This document shows positions 19,377 through 30,066 of a stretch of 64,000 nucleotides of DNA, piece after piece. The notes below the pieces were generated by a model that saw only the letters and a list, made by a program, of their open reading frames with translations, searched no databases and was not told where the DNA came from. The stretch spans positions 32,001 to 96,000 of the forward strand of contig CAZWEM010000001.1 of assembly GCA_964632315.1 (NCBI GenBank). The letters are read 5' to 3'. A program made the translations under genes and the position numbers. Position 1 is the first letter of the stretch, and each line of letters opens with the position of its first letter. Source of the DNA: an uncultured archaeon (lineage in GTDB: Archaea; Asgardarchaeota; Lokiarchaeia; Sigyniarchaeales; SOKP01).

Positions 19377-20122
19377 TGTTTCAAACTACTCCTACAATAT
19401 TAGAACAGTTTATCATTGTTTTAGGGTACTGGGATCGCTTACTTTCGGGTTTCGTTGTTACTCTATGGTTATATGGTTGGGCGATCTTGATTGGCTTTTT
19501 CTTAGGTCTATTCTTGGCAATATTGCGCCAATATGGGGGTTGGTTTATATCGAGAGTCTCGACTTCATATATTGAATTTATGAGGGGGACCCCCTTATTA
19601 GTACAGATATTTATAATTTATTACGTCCCCTTAGCACTTAATTTTCCGGTTGGTTCTTGGAATTTTAAAACTAATTTTTTGCTTGCTGGTAAAAATATTA
19701 CAATAGTTCTTTTAAATCAACAAATACTTGCAGGTATTATTACTTTAGGATTAAATAGTGCCGCATACCAAGCAGAATACTTTCGAGGGGCTTTTATGTC
19801 AATAAGTACTGGACAATTATTAGCTGCTCAATCATTAGGAATGTCTCGATTTTCTGGGATACGAAATATTATATTACCTCAAGCATTACGTCGTGTAATT
19901 CCAGCATGGTCAAATGAAGCAGCATATCTACCAAAATATACTGTCATTGTTTATTTTATTGGAGTATTAGAGATCTTTGCTCAAGCTCATAACATTGTAG
20001 CTATAACATTTATTTCACTTCCTACTTATCTTATTGTTGCAGTAATATTTTTGATTACCATTTCGATTATTTCTAAGCTATTAGATATAGTACATTCAAG
20101 AACAAGAATTCCAGGATTATAA
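19376..20122 (+). CDS. Polar amino acid ABC transporter permease
   Basis: RGTPLLVQ, NSAAYQAEYFRG, ILPQALR. Confidence 0.92.
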   Translation: MFQTTPTILEQFIIVLGYWDRLLSGFVVTLWLYGWAILIGFFLGLFLAILRQYGGWFISRVSTSYIEFMRGTPLLVQIFIIYYVPLALNFPVGSWNFKTNFLLAGKNITIVLLNQQILAGIITLGLNSAAYQAEYFRGAFMSISTGQLLAAQSLGMSRFSGIRNIILPQALRRVIPAWSNEAAYLPKYTVIVYFIGVLEIFAQAHNIVAITFISLPTYLIVAVIFLITISIISKLLDIVHSRTRIPGL

Positions 20123-20233
20123 AATTTAAAAATTTACTATTTAACTTTTTTATAAAGGTTGTGAGAAAAATATTAACTATAAAAATAAGTAACGAGAAAA
20201 TAATATTAAAAATTTAAATTTGAAATTGAAGAG

Positions 20234-21937
20234 TTGATCCAATTGGTTGAAAAATTTTGGTTGAAATCATATGACGATCACGTCAAGCCTTCTCTCACTT
20301 ATCCTACTGAAGATTTAGGAACTATTCTCACGAAAAGGATGGAAGAATTCCCAGAAAAAGATGGAATTTATTTCATGGATGCTACTTACAAATATAAGGA
20401 AATTTTAGATTATTCCCAGAGGTTTGCGACGTTTTTACAGAAAAATGGTATTGAAAAGGGGGATATCGTTACAATATGTCTCCCTAACACACCACAATAC
20501 TTATTCGCTGTATATGGGACTTACATGGCTGGAGGAGCAGTGTCAGGCTGTTCACCACTCTTGAGTCCACCTGAGATAATGTATCAGTTAGAGGATTCTA
20601 ACGCTAAAGCAATCGTTACCATGGACGTAATCTATGAAAAAGTATTATCTCCTTTCTTAGATAAACTTCCAAATCTTAAGCTAATAGTTCCTACCAATAT
20701 CTCTGAATTTATGGGTTTCAGCGGGTTTAAGATATTTATGGGTAAATTAATGAAAAAAATTCCACAGGGAAAAATGGATCCGTTCCCTGGCAAGACTGTA
20801 GTCCCCTTTTTAGAAGCGTTAGAAACAGAAATAGACGTTAAAAAAGTCGATATCAATATCAAAGAAGATCGAGCACTCATCCAATATACAGGAGGTACCA
20901 CGGGAAGGCCAAAGGGAACAATTATCACCCATTCCAATTTGCTTGCAAACTTAACGCAATTTGATGAGTGGCTTGGAAGGGAACACGGAAAAGAAGTACT
21001 TATATCTGCATTTCCCTTTTTCCATATCGCAGGTTATTTAATTGGTTTATTTCTTGTATTTATTAGTGGTACTCAGACATTAATAGCTAATCCAAGAGAC
21101 ACAGATCATATTATTAAGGAATTAATTGATAAGAGACCAACTAGTTTTGGAAATGTTCCAACGTTATTCTTAATGATTCAGAATAATCCAAAATCGAAAA
21201 AAATCCCTCCTGAAGTGCTAGATAAGATCTCTTTATATGTAAGTGGTGCCGCTCCATTTCCAGCAGAAGCGATTAGGCAATTTGAGAAACATTTTCATAC
21301 TGAAAACAAATTTGTCGAAGTTTATGGAATGACCGAGACTTCTCCATTAGCGACAGCAAATCCAGCAATTGGAGAGAAAAAAATAGGAACTGTTGGGCTC
21401 CCATTACCGGATACTGAAATTAAAATCATTGACATTGAAACAGGAAAGGAATTAGGAATCGGGCAACCAGGAGAGATTTTAATTAAAGGTCCGCAAGTTA
21501 CTAAAGGATATCATAATAAACCCGAGGAGAGTAAAGCTGCATTTGATGGGGAAGGATTTTTCCACAGTGGTGATGTTGGAGTATTTGATGAGGATGGTTA
21601 TTTAAAAATCGTAGATCGAACCAAAGATATGTTAATTGTTAGTGGTTTTAAAGTATATAGCGTTCATGTTGAAGATATTCTCACAAAGCATCCAGATATT
21701 GCAATTGTGGCTATAATTGGTGTCCCAAATCCAGATAGACCTGGTGCGGAAATAGTAAAAGCAGTAGTACAACTCAGAGAAGGAGTAACAGAAACTGAAG
21801 CAGTAAAAGCGAGCATTCAAAAATATGCTGAAGAAAATCTGTCAAAGTACGAAGTTCCCAAAATCTGGGAATTCCGCGAAGAACTTCCGTTAACCTTAGT
21901 AGGAAAAGTCCAGAAAAAAGCTCTAAGGGAAGATTAG
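20234..21937 (+). CDS. Long-chain fatty acid-CoA ligase
   Basis: YTGGTTGRPKG, YGMTE, SGDVG, PLTLVGK. Confidence 0.9.
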   Translation: MIQLVEKFWLKSYDDHVKPSLTYPTEDLGTILTKRMEEFPEKDGIYFMDATYKYKEILDYSQRFATFLQKNGIEKGDIVTICLPNTPQYLFAVYGTYMAGGAVSGCSPLLSPPEIMYQLEDSNAKAIVTMDVIYEKVLSPFLDKLPNLKLIVPTNISEFMGFSGFKIFMGKLMKKIPQGKMDPFPGKTVVPFLEALETEIDVKKVDINIKEDRALIQYTGGTTGRPKGTIITHSNLLANLTQFDEWLGREHGKEVLISAFPFFHIAGYLIGLFLVFISGTQTLIANPRDTDHIIKELIDKRPTSFGNVPTLFLMIQNNPKSKKIPPEVLDKISLYVSGAAPFPAEAIRQFEKHFHTENKFVEVYGMTETSPLATANPAIGEKKIGTVGLPLPDTEIKIIDIETGKELGIGQPGEILIKGPQVTKGYHNKPEESKAAFDGEGFFHSGDVGVFDEDGYLKIVDRTKDMLIVSGFKVYSVHVEDILTKHPDIAIVAIIGVPNPDRPGAEIVKAVVQLREGVTETEAVKASIQKYAEENLSKYEVPKIWEFREELPLTLVGKVQKKALRED

Positions 21938-22017
21938 TTCTTTTAGTTTCAAAATTCATTTACTTTTTTTTGTTTCTTTATTTATACTAAATATTCTAAA
22001 CTGAAGTTGATGTTAAT

Positions 22018-22833
22018 ATGAGGATCGAGGAATTTGAGGATATAATATATAATAAAGAGGAAAACGGAATTTGTACGGTAATGTTTTCCCGACCCGAGAG
22101 GAGAAATGCTGTTACTTATATCACATTTTTAGAGCTGTTTTATGCTATTGAGGATATGGAAAAGGATAAGAATGCAAGAGTGCTGATAATTACCGGAGAT
22201 CCTAAAGGAGAAGCTTTCACTTCGGGAGGATACTTCAAACCCGAAATGTTTCATAAAATGCAGAAATATCCTGAAATAGATTTGATGGATATTGCTCAGA
22301 AAAAATTATGTTTAAAACTATGGGACTTTGAAAAACCTGTTATTGTTGCGATTAATGGGATGGCTATAGGAGGTGGAGTAACAATGCCATTAGCGGCTGG
22401 TGACTTAATTTATATCGCACAAGATGCTTGGTTAGGTTTTTATTTTGCCAGGAGAGGGATTATTCCTGAATTTGCTACGAACTTTCTTTTGCCATTATTA
22501 ATTGGCTTCCAAAGAGCAAAGGAAATTTGCTATATGGGTGAAAAAGTCACTTCACAAAGAGCATTTGAATTAGGTTTAGTAAATAAAGTTTTACCAAATG
22601 ATCATTTAATTGAGTACGCACGAGAGCAAGCTTTAAGATTAATTCCTCCAAATGGGCCAACCTTAGCCTTGAAACTGATGAAAAAGACAATGCATGCCTA
22701 TTATCGTGATATTTTAGCCCACACTTTAGATTTGGAAAATAAAGCCCTTAGAAAGACATTTGCTTCAAAAGATTTTAAAGAAGCTATGTCTGCATTAAAA
22801 GAAAAACGACCAGTTAATTTCATTGGTCGTTGA
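22018..22833 (+). CDS. Enoyl-CoA hydratase/isomerase family protein
   Basis: RPERRNA, KPVIVAINGMAIGGG, GIIPE, LGLVNKV. Confidence 0.9.
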   Translation: MRIEEFEDIIYNKEENGICTVMFSRPERRNAVTYITFLELFYAIEDMEKDKNARVLIITGDPKGEAFTSGGYFKPEMFHKMQKYPEIDLMDIAQKKLCLKLWDFEKPVIVAINGMAIGGGVTMPLAAGDLIYIAQDAWLGFYFARRGIIPEFATNFLLPLLIGFQRAKEICYMGEKVTSQRAFELGLVNKVLPNDHLIEYAREQALRLIPPNGPTLALKLMKKTMHAYYRDILAHTLDLENKALRKTFASKDFKEAMSALKEKRPVNFIGR

Positions 22834-22929
22834 TAACAAATCACACTGTATTTATAGAATTAATACAGATTTATGAAAGATTACTCTAAACATATAAGGT
22901 TTAAATTAATACAGAGGTAAATATGTATT

Positions 22930-24483
22930 ATGGTAGATTCAAAATATAATCAAAATCAAGTAGTTGGAACTTATCCTGTAGTTGTCATTGGTGCGGGATT
23001 AGGAGGCCTCGGAGCGGCTTGTCAATTAGTGGCAAGAGGTGAGCAGGTATTATTACTTGAAAAACACAATGTACCGGGGGGATTTGCCACTTCGTTCGTA
23101 AGGGGACGATTTGAATTTGAAGGAGCTTTACATGAATTGAGTGATATTGGTACTGAAGATAATAAAGGCGCATTATATAGATTTTTAGAAAGATTAGGAA
23201 TTGTTCCAGACAAACTCAAGTTCAAGCAAGTTCCGGAATTTTATAGAAGCATATATTTGGATGGTTATGATGTTACATTACCCTTAGGAATAGAAGAATA
23301 TACTAATAAACTCATTGAATTATTTCCTCACGAAGAAAAAGGTATTGAAGAATTCATGGAAATGTGTAAAGCAGTTTTAGCTGGAATCGAATTTGTTGCC
23401 TCCAAAGGAGGTAAATTTTCACCCGGAGATGTGTTAAAAGAACATCCTTGGCTTCCTCGAGTAGCAGGAATCACGCTTTCGGATCTGTATAAAAAATTCT
23501 TTACTGACAAGAAACTAATCACCGTTATGTCTCAATTATGGGGTTATGTCGGATTACCTCCTGATAAAATGAATGCATATGTCTTTGTCGCAATGTTGAT
23601 CTTTTATTTGAAATGGGGGGCTGCTTTTCCAATTGGGCGGTCACATTCCTTGACCAGCTCATTGGTGGAGGCATTTGAGAATTTTGGCGGTGTGATCCGT
23701 TATAATGCATTAGTAGATAGAATATTAGTTGAGAATGGAAGAGTTTCGGGAGTTGAACTATTAAATGGAGATATTTATAAATGTAATTCTGTAATCTCAA
23801 ATGTGAATCCAATATGCACATCAATGAAAATGTTACCTCAAGATATTGTTCCAGATGAATATAAAAAAAAGTTATATGAACCTGAAGTAGGTCCTTCTGG
23901 TTTTTCTGTTTATATCGGTTTGAATGCTTCTCATAAAGATTTGGGGTTTAACGTGCATGAATCATTCATTAATTCTACTTATGATATGAATCATGCATTT
24001 GAAACCTTTCGAAAGTTAGAACCTCCAGAATACATGGTCGCAGCATGTTATAATAACATTTATGAGGAAATCTCTCCACCTGATACAACGCAATTAGTAT
24101 TAACCACGCTTCAAATGGGTAAATTATGGCAAAATATAGCTCCCCATCAATATTTTCGAGTGAAAGACGAAATTGCTAACTCCATGGTTTCACTTGTTGA
24201 AAAAACGATATGTCCTAATATAAGAGATTATATCGAAGTTGCCGTTGCTGCGTCACCAGTGACCTATTATAGGTACTCTAAAAACATTGAAGGAGCTATT
24301 TATGGAACAACCCAATCAGTTGAGAATGGACCATTATTAAGATTAAAGAGTAGGGGTCCAATACCTGGGCTATATCAAGTTGGTGCTTGGACAAATTTTG
24401 GAGGTGGTTTTTCAACAACGATCGTAGGAGGAAGAATTGCAGCTGGAATGTACTTAAGAGATAAAATAAAGGAAAGGTGGTAA
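22930..24483 (+). CDS. Phytoene desaturase / retinol saturase-like FAD oxidoreductase
   Basis: VIGAGLGGL, LEKHNVPGG, SP.T..RY....GAIYG, IPGLYQVG. Confidence 0.8.
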   Translation: MVDSKYNQNQVVGTYPVVVIGAGLGGLGAACQLVARGEQVLLLEKHNVPGGFATSFVRGRFEFEGALHELSDIGTEDNKGALYRFLERLGIVPDKLKFKQVPEFYRSIYLDGYDVTLPLGIEEYTNKLIELFPHEEKGIEEFMEMCKAVLAGIEFVASKGGKFSPGDVLKEHPWLPRVAGITLSDLYKKFFTDKKLITVMSQLWGYVGLPPDKMNAYVFVAMLIFYLKWGAAFPIGRSHSLTSSLVEAFENFGGVIRYNALVDRILVENGRVSGVELLNGDIYKCNSVISNVNPICTSMKMLPQDIVPDEYKKKLYEPEVGPSGFSVYIGLNASHKDLGFNVHESFINSTYDMNHAFETFRKLEPPEYMVAACYNNIYEEISPPDTTQLVLTTLQMGKLWQNIAPHQYFRVKDEIANSMVSLVEKTICPNIRDYIEVAVAASPVTYYRYSKNIEGAIYGTTQSVENGPLLRLKSRGPIPGLYQVGAWTNFGGGFSTTIVGGRIAAGMYLRDKIKERW

Positions 24484-24486
24484 AAT

Positions 24487-25674
24487 TTGATGGAAGATAT
24501 AAAGAAATACCAACGAGCAGAAAAATTGAAAAAGAAAAGAGAAGAACTTCAAACAATTCCTTATTATTATGATGGATTAGAAAGGTTATGTGATCGAATA
24601 CATCCAAAAAAGCAATTACTAAGAGTTTCTGATATTAAAGAACTTTCTCATGATACAAAATTATTCCGTTTTGTATCAGAAAAACCAAATAAACCATTAG
24701 CTCCTTTTAGGGCTGGTCAGTATATTGGACTTACAGTAGAAATAAATGGAGTGAGAACATCAAGACCTTACTCATTAGTCTCTTCTCCTAATCAATTAGC
24801 TTATTATGAATTAGGAATAAGAAAAAAAATAGGAGGTTTTGTTAGTCCACATCTCGTAGACAATGGAAAAGTCGGAGATATATTCGAATCAACAGAACCA
24901 ATGGGTAATTTGTACTATAATCCAATCTTTCATGGAAAGAACTTAGTCTTCATAGCGGGAGGTTGTGGAATCACCCCATTTATATCTTTTTTAAGAGATG
25001 TAACTGAAAAAATGGTTCCATTAAATATTTGGTTAATTTATGGAGCATTAACAGAGAAAGATATACTTTTCAGGAACGAGTTGGAAGACATGCAATCGAG
25101 ACGGAATAATCTCAAGATTAAATATGTATTGTCTGAACCAGAATCAGATTGGACAGGTGCTTGCGGTTTTATAACAAAAGATATGATTTCGAGTGATATA
25201 GGCTCTATTAATGATAAATATTATTATATAGTTGGTAATAGAGCAATGTATGGATTTATACAACAAGAGTTAAAAACATTAGGCATTCCAAGACATAAAA
25301 TGTATTTTGAAGCTTTTGGAGTTCCTGATGATATTACAAAAGTCATAGGATGGCCAGAGGAAGTTAAGTCTACTGACAAATTCCAAGTTAAATTAAAATA
25401 TCGTAAAAATGGAAGGGAGGTAGAAGAAGAATTTGAAGCGCTTTGTGTAGAACCTTTGCTCAATTGTATTGAAAAGCTATCAAAAGAAACCATAATTATT
25501 GAAAATGGATGTCGATCTGGCGAATGTGCTCTCTGTCGCACGAAAATGATCTCAGGTAAAGTTTTTGTTCCACCTGAAGTCACAATAAGAGAACTAGATA
25601 AGAAGTTTGGATTTATCCATCCATGTGTCTCTTATCCCTTAACTAACCTAGAAATAGATCTGACTTTAACTTAA
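24487..25674 (+). CDS. FAD/NAD(P)H ferredoxin reductase with C-terminal 2Fe-2S domain (PaaE/Hcr-like)
   Basis: FRAGQY, RPYSL, IAGGCGITP, CRSGECALC...C. Confidence 0.88.
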   Translation: MMEDIKKYQRAEKLKKKREELQTIPYYYDGLERLCDRIHPKKQLLRVSDIKELSHDTKLFRFVSEKPNKPLAPFRAGQYIGLTVEINGVRTSRPYSLVSSPNQLAYYELGIRKKIGGFVSPHLVDNGKVGDIFESTEPMGNLYYNPIFHGKNLVFIAGGCGITPFISFLRDVTEKMVPLNIWLIYGALTEKDILFRNELEDMQSRRNNLKIKYVLSEPESDWTGACGFITKDMISSDIGSINDKYYYIVGNRAMYGFIQQELKTLGIPRHKMYFEAFGVPDDITKVIGWPEEVKSTDKFQVKLKYRKNGREVEEEFEALCVEPLLNCIEKLSKETIIIENGCRSGECALCRTKMISGKVFVPPEVTIRELDKKFGFIHPCVSYPLTNLEIDLTLT

Positions 25675-25695
25675 ACCACTTCTTAATTTTTCCTC

Positions 25696-26952
25696 CTATT
25701 TTTTTAACTTTTTAGGATTAGGGATGAATAGGATTAAAATTAATGGAACTAAACCAAACCCAATGATATATGTCATCGCATTTATAAGTCCAGTTAATTC
25801 AGCAAAATAACCTACTAAAATTGGTCCAATAGCACCACCTCCCGATGTTCCTAAACCCCATATAAATGAATTTGCAAATCCTCTCTTTGTTTTTGGAAAT
25901 ATATCCCCTATTAAAGATAGAATCATGGGAAAACTATTGAAAGCAAAAAAACCAAAAATAATCAACCAAATGATGGATTGAAAATATAAGGACAGAAAGA
26001 AGAAGAGTAAGGAACAAAAAACTGCTCCTAAAAAAGTGTATTTTCTACCAAATTTATCAGATAATAGTCCCAAAACTGGTTGGCCAATAACTGATGCTGA
26101 TAAAATGAGGGTTAAAATTAGTCCAAGATCAATTCCAAATCTATACTTGAATGTAATTACTAGTAAAGTTGGAAGAAATTGGAAAATTCCCTGCAAAAAA
26201 ATTCCCACAAAAAGCATTATCAGTGTAAAGAGTATGAGTAGTAAAGAAAAGCGTTTAATATTATTATCTGCAACTATATTCTTTATATCCTCGTTAATCG
26301 TGTTCGATTCTACTTTAATTAGAAAAATAGGAAGTGAAGCTCCTAAGGAAATTAAGCCCATGATAAGGAGAGTATATGACATGTCAATTGTTTTTCCAGA
26401 GAAAGAATCAAAAATGAATAATGTTATCGTAGGAAATATAGCTCGTCCTACGCTTCCTAAAGAACCGTTAAAGCCTAATGCTGATCCTTTATCTACCCCA
26501 TACGTATTTGAGAGAACAAGGCCTCCCAAGGGATGATAGAATGCCGAGGAAATTCCAGTTATAATAATCGCAATAAACATCAATGGTATGTTCTCAAAAC
26601 TAGTACCGTATCCCAATATAATTATCCCCACTCCCCATAACAATATTCCATAAGAAATTAAGCGGGTTGGATGTTGAAATTTATCAGCAATGCGTCCAAT
26701 GATGGGAGCGGTTATTGCAGACGCAATAAAAAATGATCCTGCCATTATTCCTGTTAGAAATGGAGATACTCCGAGAGAACTTATGGCAAAAGTATAAATG
26801 AGTAATAAAATTGTGAAATTTCCATCATTTAAAAAATGAGATAAGGATGTTATGCCCAAAGCTCTTACATTTTTGAAAAGCTTCATATTACATATGGTGA
26901 AAATCTTGATTTTAAACTTAATGTCTAAAATTTCTAAAGCATTATCAAGCAT
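25696..26952 (-). CDS. MFS transporter (likely start 26886)
   Basis: About 12 TM; SHFLND, G.IADK, AFYHP, G.LSDKFGRK. Confidence 0.9.
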   Translation of the reverse strand: MLDNALEILDIKFKIKIFTICNMKLFKNVRALGITSLSHFLNDGNFTILLLIYTFAISSLGVSPFLTGIMAGSFFIASAITAPIIGRIADKFQHPTRLISYGILLWGVGIIILGYGTSFENIPLMFIAIIITGISSAFYHPLGGLVLSNTYGVDKGSALGFNGSLGSVGRAIFPTITLFIFDSFSGKTIDMSYTLLIMGLISLGASLPIFLIKVESNTINEDIKNIVADNNIKRFSLLLILFTLIMLFVGIFLQGIFQFLPTLLVITFKYRFGIDLGLILTLILSASVIGQPVLGLLSDKFGRKYTFLGAVFCSLLFFFLSLYFQSIIWLIIFGFFAFNSFPMILSLIGDIFPKTKRGFANSFIWGLGTSGGGAIGPILVGYFAELTGLINAMTYIIGFGLVPLILILFIPNPKKLKK

Positions 26953-27010
26953 ACATTAGATCTTATACCATCTATAAACAGTATAAAATAAAAAAGAAGA
27001 TTTAGATTGA

Positions 27011-27835
27011 TTATTTCCATTTCCATTTCGGTTTTGTTTTAGTAAGTCGAGCTAAAGCTCCATTAACGGCATCTTTAGTCTGAAGTAATTGAGAACTCAC
27101 GAGTGTCTCAAGTTCAAGTCCTAAAGCCGTGTCTTTTCCATAACAATCATCGATTAATTTTTTAGCAAGTCCAATAGCTAATGGTCCACTTGTCATCAAT
27201 TCATCAGTATACATCTTAATAATTTCATCTAATTCTTCTTGTGATTTTGCTACTCTATTCACTACTCCGAGTCTATAAGCTTCATTACCGTCAAATTTAC
27301 GCCCAGTTAATATAATATCCTTTGCATTAGGAATACCTACTAATCTTACAAGCCTTGAAGAACCACCTACATCTGGATTCATTCCGATTTTAGTTTCTAA
27401 CATGTGGAATAAAGCAGATTCCGTGCAAAATCGGAAATCACATGCCAAAGCTAGCTCAAATGCCATGCCAAAACAATATCCATTTATTTTTGCAATCACT
27501 GGTTTTTCCATTTTTTCAATTTTTGTAAAAATGGGATGTATCCATGTATTTGCAAAATATCGAAAATTGCGAGGGATGCGTAAATCAGGAATGATGCCTT
27601 CAGGATCTCTCTCTTGACCAGTTAAAAAATTAAGATCTATTCCCGAACTAAAAAAATCATTTCCTCCAGTAATAATGACCACTCTGGCTTCAGTACGTTC
27701 GACCTGATCTATAGCTTTTTGAAGACCGACCATTAAGTCGTAATTAAAAGCATTTTTTTTATTTAAGCGGTTTAATTTTATTGTGGTGATTGTTTTATCT
27801 TCATTTTCTTCAATTAATACGATATCTTCACTCAT
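27011..27835 (-). CDS. Enoyl-CoA hydratase/isomerase family protein
   Basis: FSSGIDL, KPVIAKING, ELALACDFR, ETKIG..PDVGG. Confidence 0.9.
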   Translation of the reverse strand: MSEDIVLIEENEDKTITTIKLNRLNKKNAFNYDLMVGLQKAIDQVERTEARVVIITGGNDFFSSGIDLNFLTGQERDPEGIIPDLRIPRNFRYFANTWIHPIFTKIEKMEKPVIAKINGYCFGMAFELALACDFRFCTESALFHMLETKIGMNPDVGGSSRLVRLVGIPNAKDIILTGRKFDGNEAYRLGVVNRVAKSQEELDEIIKMYTDELMTSGPLAIGLAKKLIDDCYGKDTALGLELETLVSSQLLQTKDAVNGALARLTKTKPKWKWK

Positions 27836-27987
27836 TTTACTTCATTTTTTTTATATTTAATATAATTATTACTATCTCGTAATGAAAAAAAATCTATTCG
27901 AAAATAACATGAAAACTTTTTATGGAAATTTAATGAAATATAATCAATATTATTGAAAAATTTTAGACCAAAACAAGAGGATATAAT

Positions 27988-29997
27988 TTGAAGTATTTTA
28001 AACTATTTACACCACTCAAAATTAAGAATTTAACCATCTCAAATAGAATTATAATGCCAGCGATGCATTTAAACTTGGCTAAAGATGGTTTTATTAGCAA
28101 AAAACTAGTCGATTTCTACGTTGAGAGGGCTAAAGGTGGAGCTGGGATGATAATCGTTGGTGGATGCTATGTGGATATTTATGGCAAAGGATTACCATCA
28201 ATGATTGCGGTTGATGATGATAAATATCTCCCTAAACTAGAAGAATTTACTAAAGCAGTACATGATGCGCGTTCTGATGTTAAAGTATGTTGTCAGTTTT
28301 ATCATGGAGGAGCATATGCATTTCCTCAAATTATCGGGAAGACACCAATAGCTCCTTCGGCCGTGTATAGTAATTTTAGCAAAACCACACCTCGCGAAAT
28401 GACGTTAGAAGATATTGAAAGAGAACAACAAGCATTTGAAGATGCTACAATTAGAGCGAGAAAAGCAGGTTTTGATGCGGTTGAAATCTGCGCCAATGCA
28501 GGATACTTACTTGATCAATTCATTTCACCTAAAACTAATAAAAGAACAGATAAATATGGTGGAGAATTAGAAAATCGATTGAGATTCCCACTCGAAACTA
28601 TTGAAAGAATTAAATCAAAATCTGAAGACTTAGTTGTTGGATATAGAATTTCTGGAGATGATTTTGTTCCAGGAAGCAATACTTACAAAGAAAAAGCCGT
28701 AATTGCTAAGGAATTAAGTGGAGACTTGGATTATTTCAATGTAACTGGTGGATGGCATGAGACTAAGACTCCTCAATTGACAATGGATGTCCCTCATGGA
28801 TGCTACACGTATTTAGCGGAAAATATCAAGAAAAATGTAAATATCCCCATCTTCTCTTCCAATAGGATTAATTATCCTGAATTAGCAGAACAAGTTTTAA
28901 TGGCTGGAAAAGCTGATGCAATCTGTATTGGAAGAGGTTTAATTGCGGATCCCTACCTACCAGTAAAAGCTCAAAAGGGAGAAACACAAGATATTATGAA
29001 CTGTGTAGCCTGTAATCAAGGATGTTTTGATAATGTATTCAGGATGATGCCTGTTACATGTTTGCGTAATGCTCGGGCAGGTAATGAGGGAAGAACTGAA
29101 TTAAAGCATCTAAAAGAGAAGCAGAAACTAATGATCATAGGATCTGGACCAGCAGGTTTAGAAGCAGCAAGAGTTGCAGCAATTAGAGGGCATGAGGTTC
29201 ATATCTTTGAAAAAGACGATAAGATCGGAGGATTATTGAACTTGATTTGGATTCCTCCTGGTAGAAATGAGTTTAAAAGAATGATTGATAATTACAACTA
29301 CTGGATTCAAAAATATAACATCAAAGTTCACCTTCAGCAAGAAGTTGATGCTCAATTGGTTAAAGAGTTCAATCCAGATTCGGTTTTTATCGCAACAGGT
29401 ACTAAACCTATCATTGTCCCAATCCCTGGAATTGACAGAGAGAATGTATATTGGGCAAATGATGTATTCACAATGAATGCTCCAGTGGGAAGGAATAACG
29501 TAATCATAGGTGGTGGTGCTACGGGAATTGAATTAGCTATTTACATTGCAAAATATGGTGCTTTAAGTCCAGAAGCTTTCGATTTTCTAACATTTTATAA
29601 TGCCTTAGATCCATTGGTGGCATTAGATATGCTCCATGAAAAGCGAAATAAAGTAACGGTTCTGGAAAAGCTACCAAAATTGGGGTCTGCTTTAGGAAAA
29701 ACGACTAAATGGGTCCTTTTAGATAAATGTGATTTTTACGGTGTTAATTTCGTTACAAATGCTACTGTATCTGAAATTGGAGAGAATTATGTAAATTATA
29801 CAGATGCTCAAGGAAATGATCAAGTCATTAGCGATGTTGATTACGTATATCACGCAACTGGAGTTGAACCTGATGACTCACTTTATGTTCAAGTCAAAGA
29901 AATGGGATTTGATGTGAAGAAGTTAGGTGATGCCTTAAAACCGCAAACAGTATTGGAAGCTGTAGCAAAAGGTTATAAATTAGGCAATGTTGCTTAA
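27988..29997 (+). CDS. fadH: 2,4-dienoyl-CoA reductase (FadH-like OYE/FAD enzyme)
   Basis: NRIIMPAMH, GYLLDQF.SP..N.RTD.YGG, CVACNQGC, GSGPAGLEAA, ATG. Confidence 0.8.
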   Translation: MKYFKLFTPLKIKNLTISNRIIMPAMHLNLAKDGFISKKLVDFYVERAKGGAGMIIVGGCYVDIYGKGLPSMIAVDDDKYLPKLEEFTKAVHDARSDVKVCCQFYHGGAYAFPQIIGKTPIAPSAVYSNFSKTTPREMTLEDIEREQQAFEDATIRARKAGFDAVEICANAGYLLDQFISPKTNKRTDKYGGELENRLRFPLETIERIKSKSEDLVVGYRISGDDFVPGSNTYKEKAVIAKELSGDLDYFNVTGGWHETKTPQLTMDVPHGCYTYLAENIKKNVNIPIFSSNRINYPELAEQVLMAGKADAICIGRGLIADPYLPVKAQKGETQDIMNCVACNQGCFDNVFRMMPVTCLRNARAGNEGRTELKHLKEKQKLMIIGSGPAGLEAARVAAIRGHEVHIFEKDDKIGGLLNLIWIPPGRNEFKRMIDNYNYWIQKYNIKVHLQQEVDAQLVKEFNPDSVFIATGTKPIIVPIPGIDRENVYWANDVFTMNAPVGRNNVIIGGGATGIELAIYIAKYGALSPEAFDFLTFYNALDPLVALDMLHEKRNKVTVLEKLPKLGSALGKTTKWVLLDKCDFYGVNFVTNATVSEIGENYVNYTDAQGNDQVISDVDYVYHATGVEPDDSLYVQVKEMGFDVKKLGDALKPQTVLEAVAKGYKLGNVA

Positions 29998-30066
29998 ATA
30001 TCTTTTTATTTTTCTATTTTTAAATATCCAAAAATTTTATTTAATATTATTTGAAAAAAAATTGAA

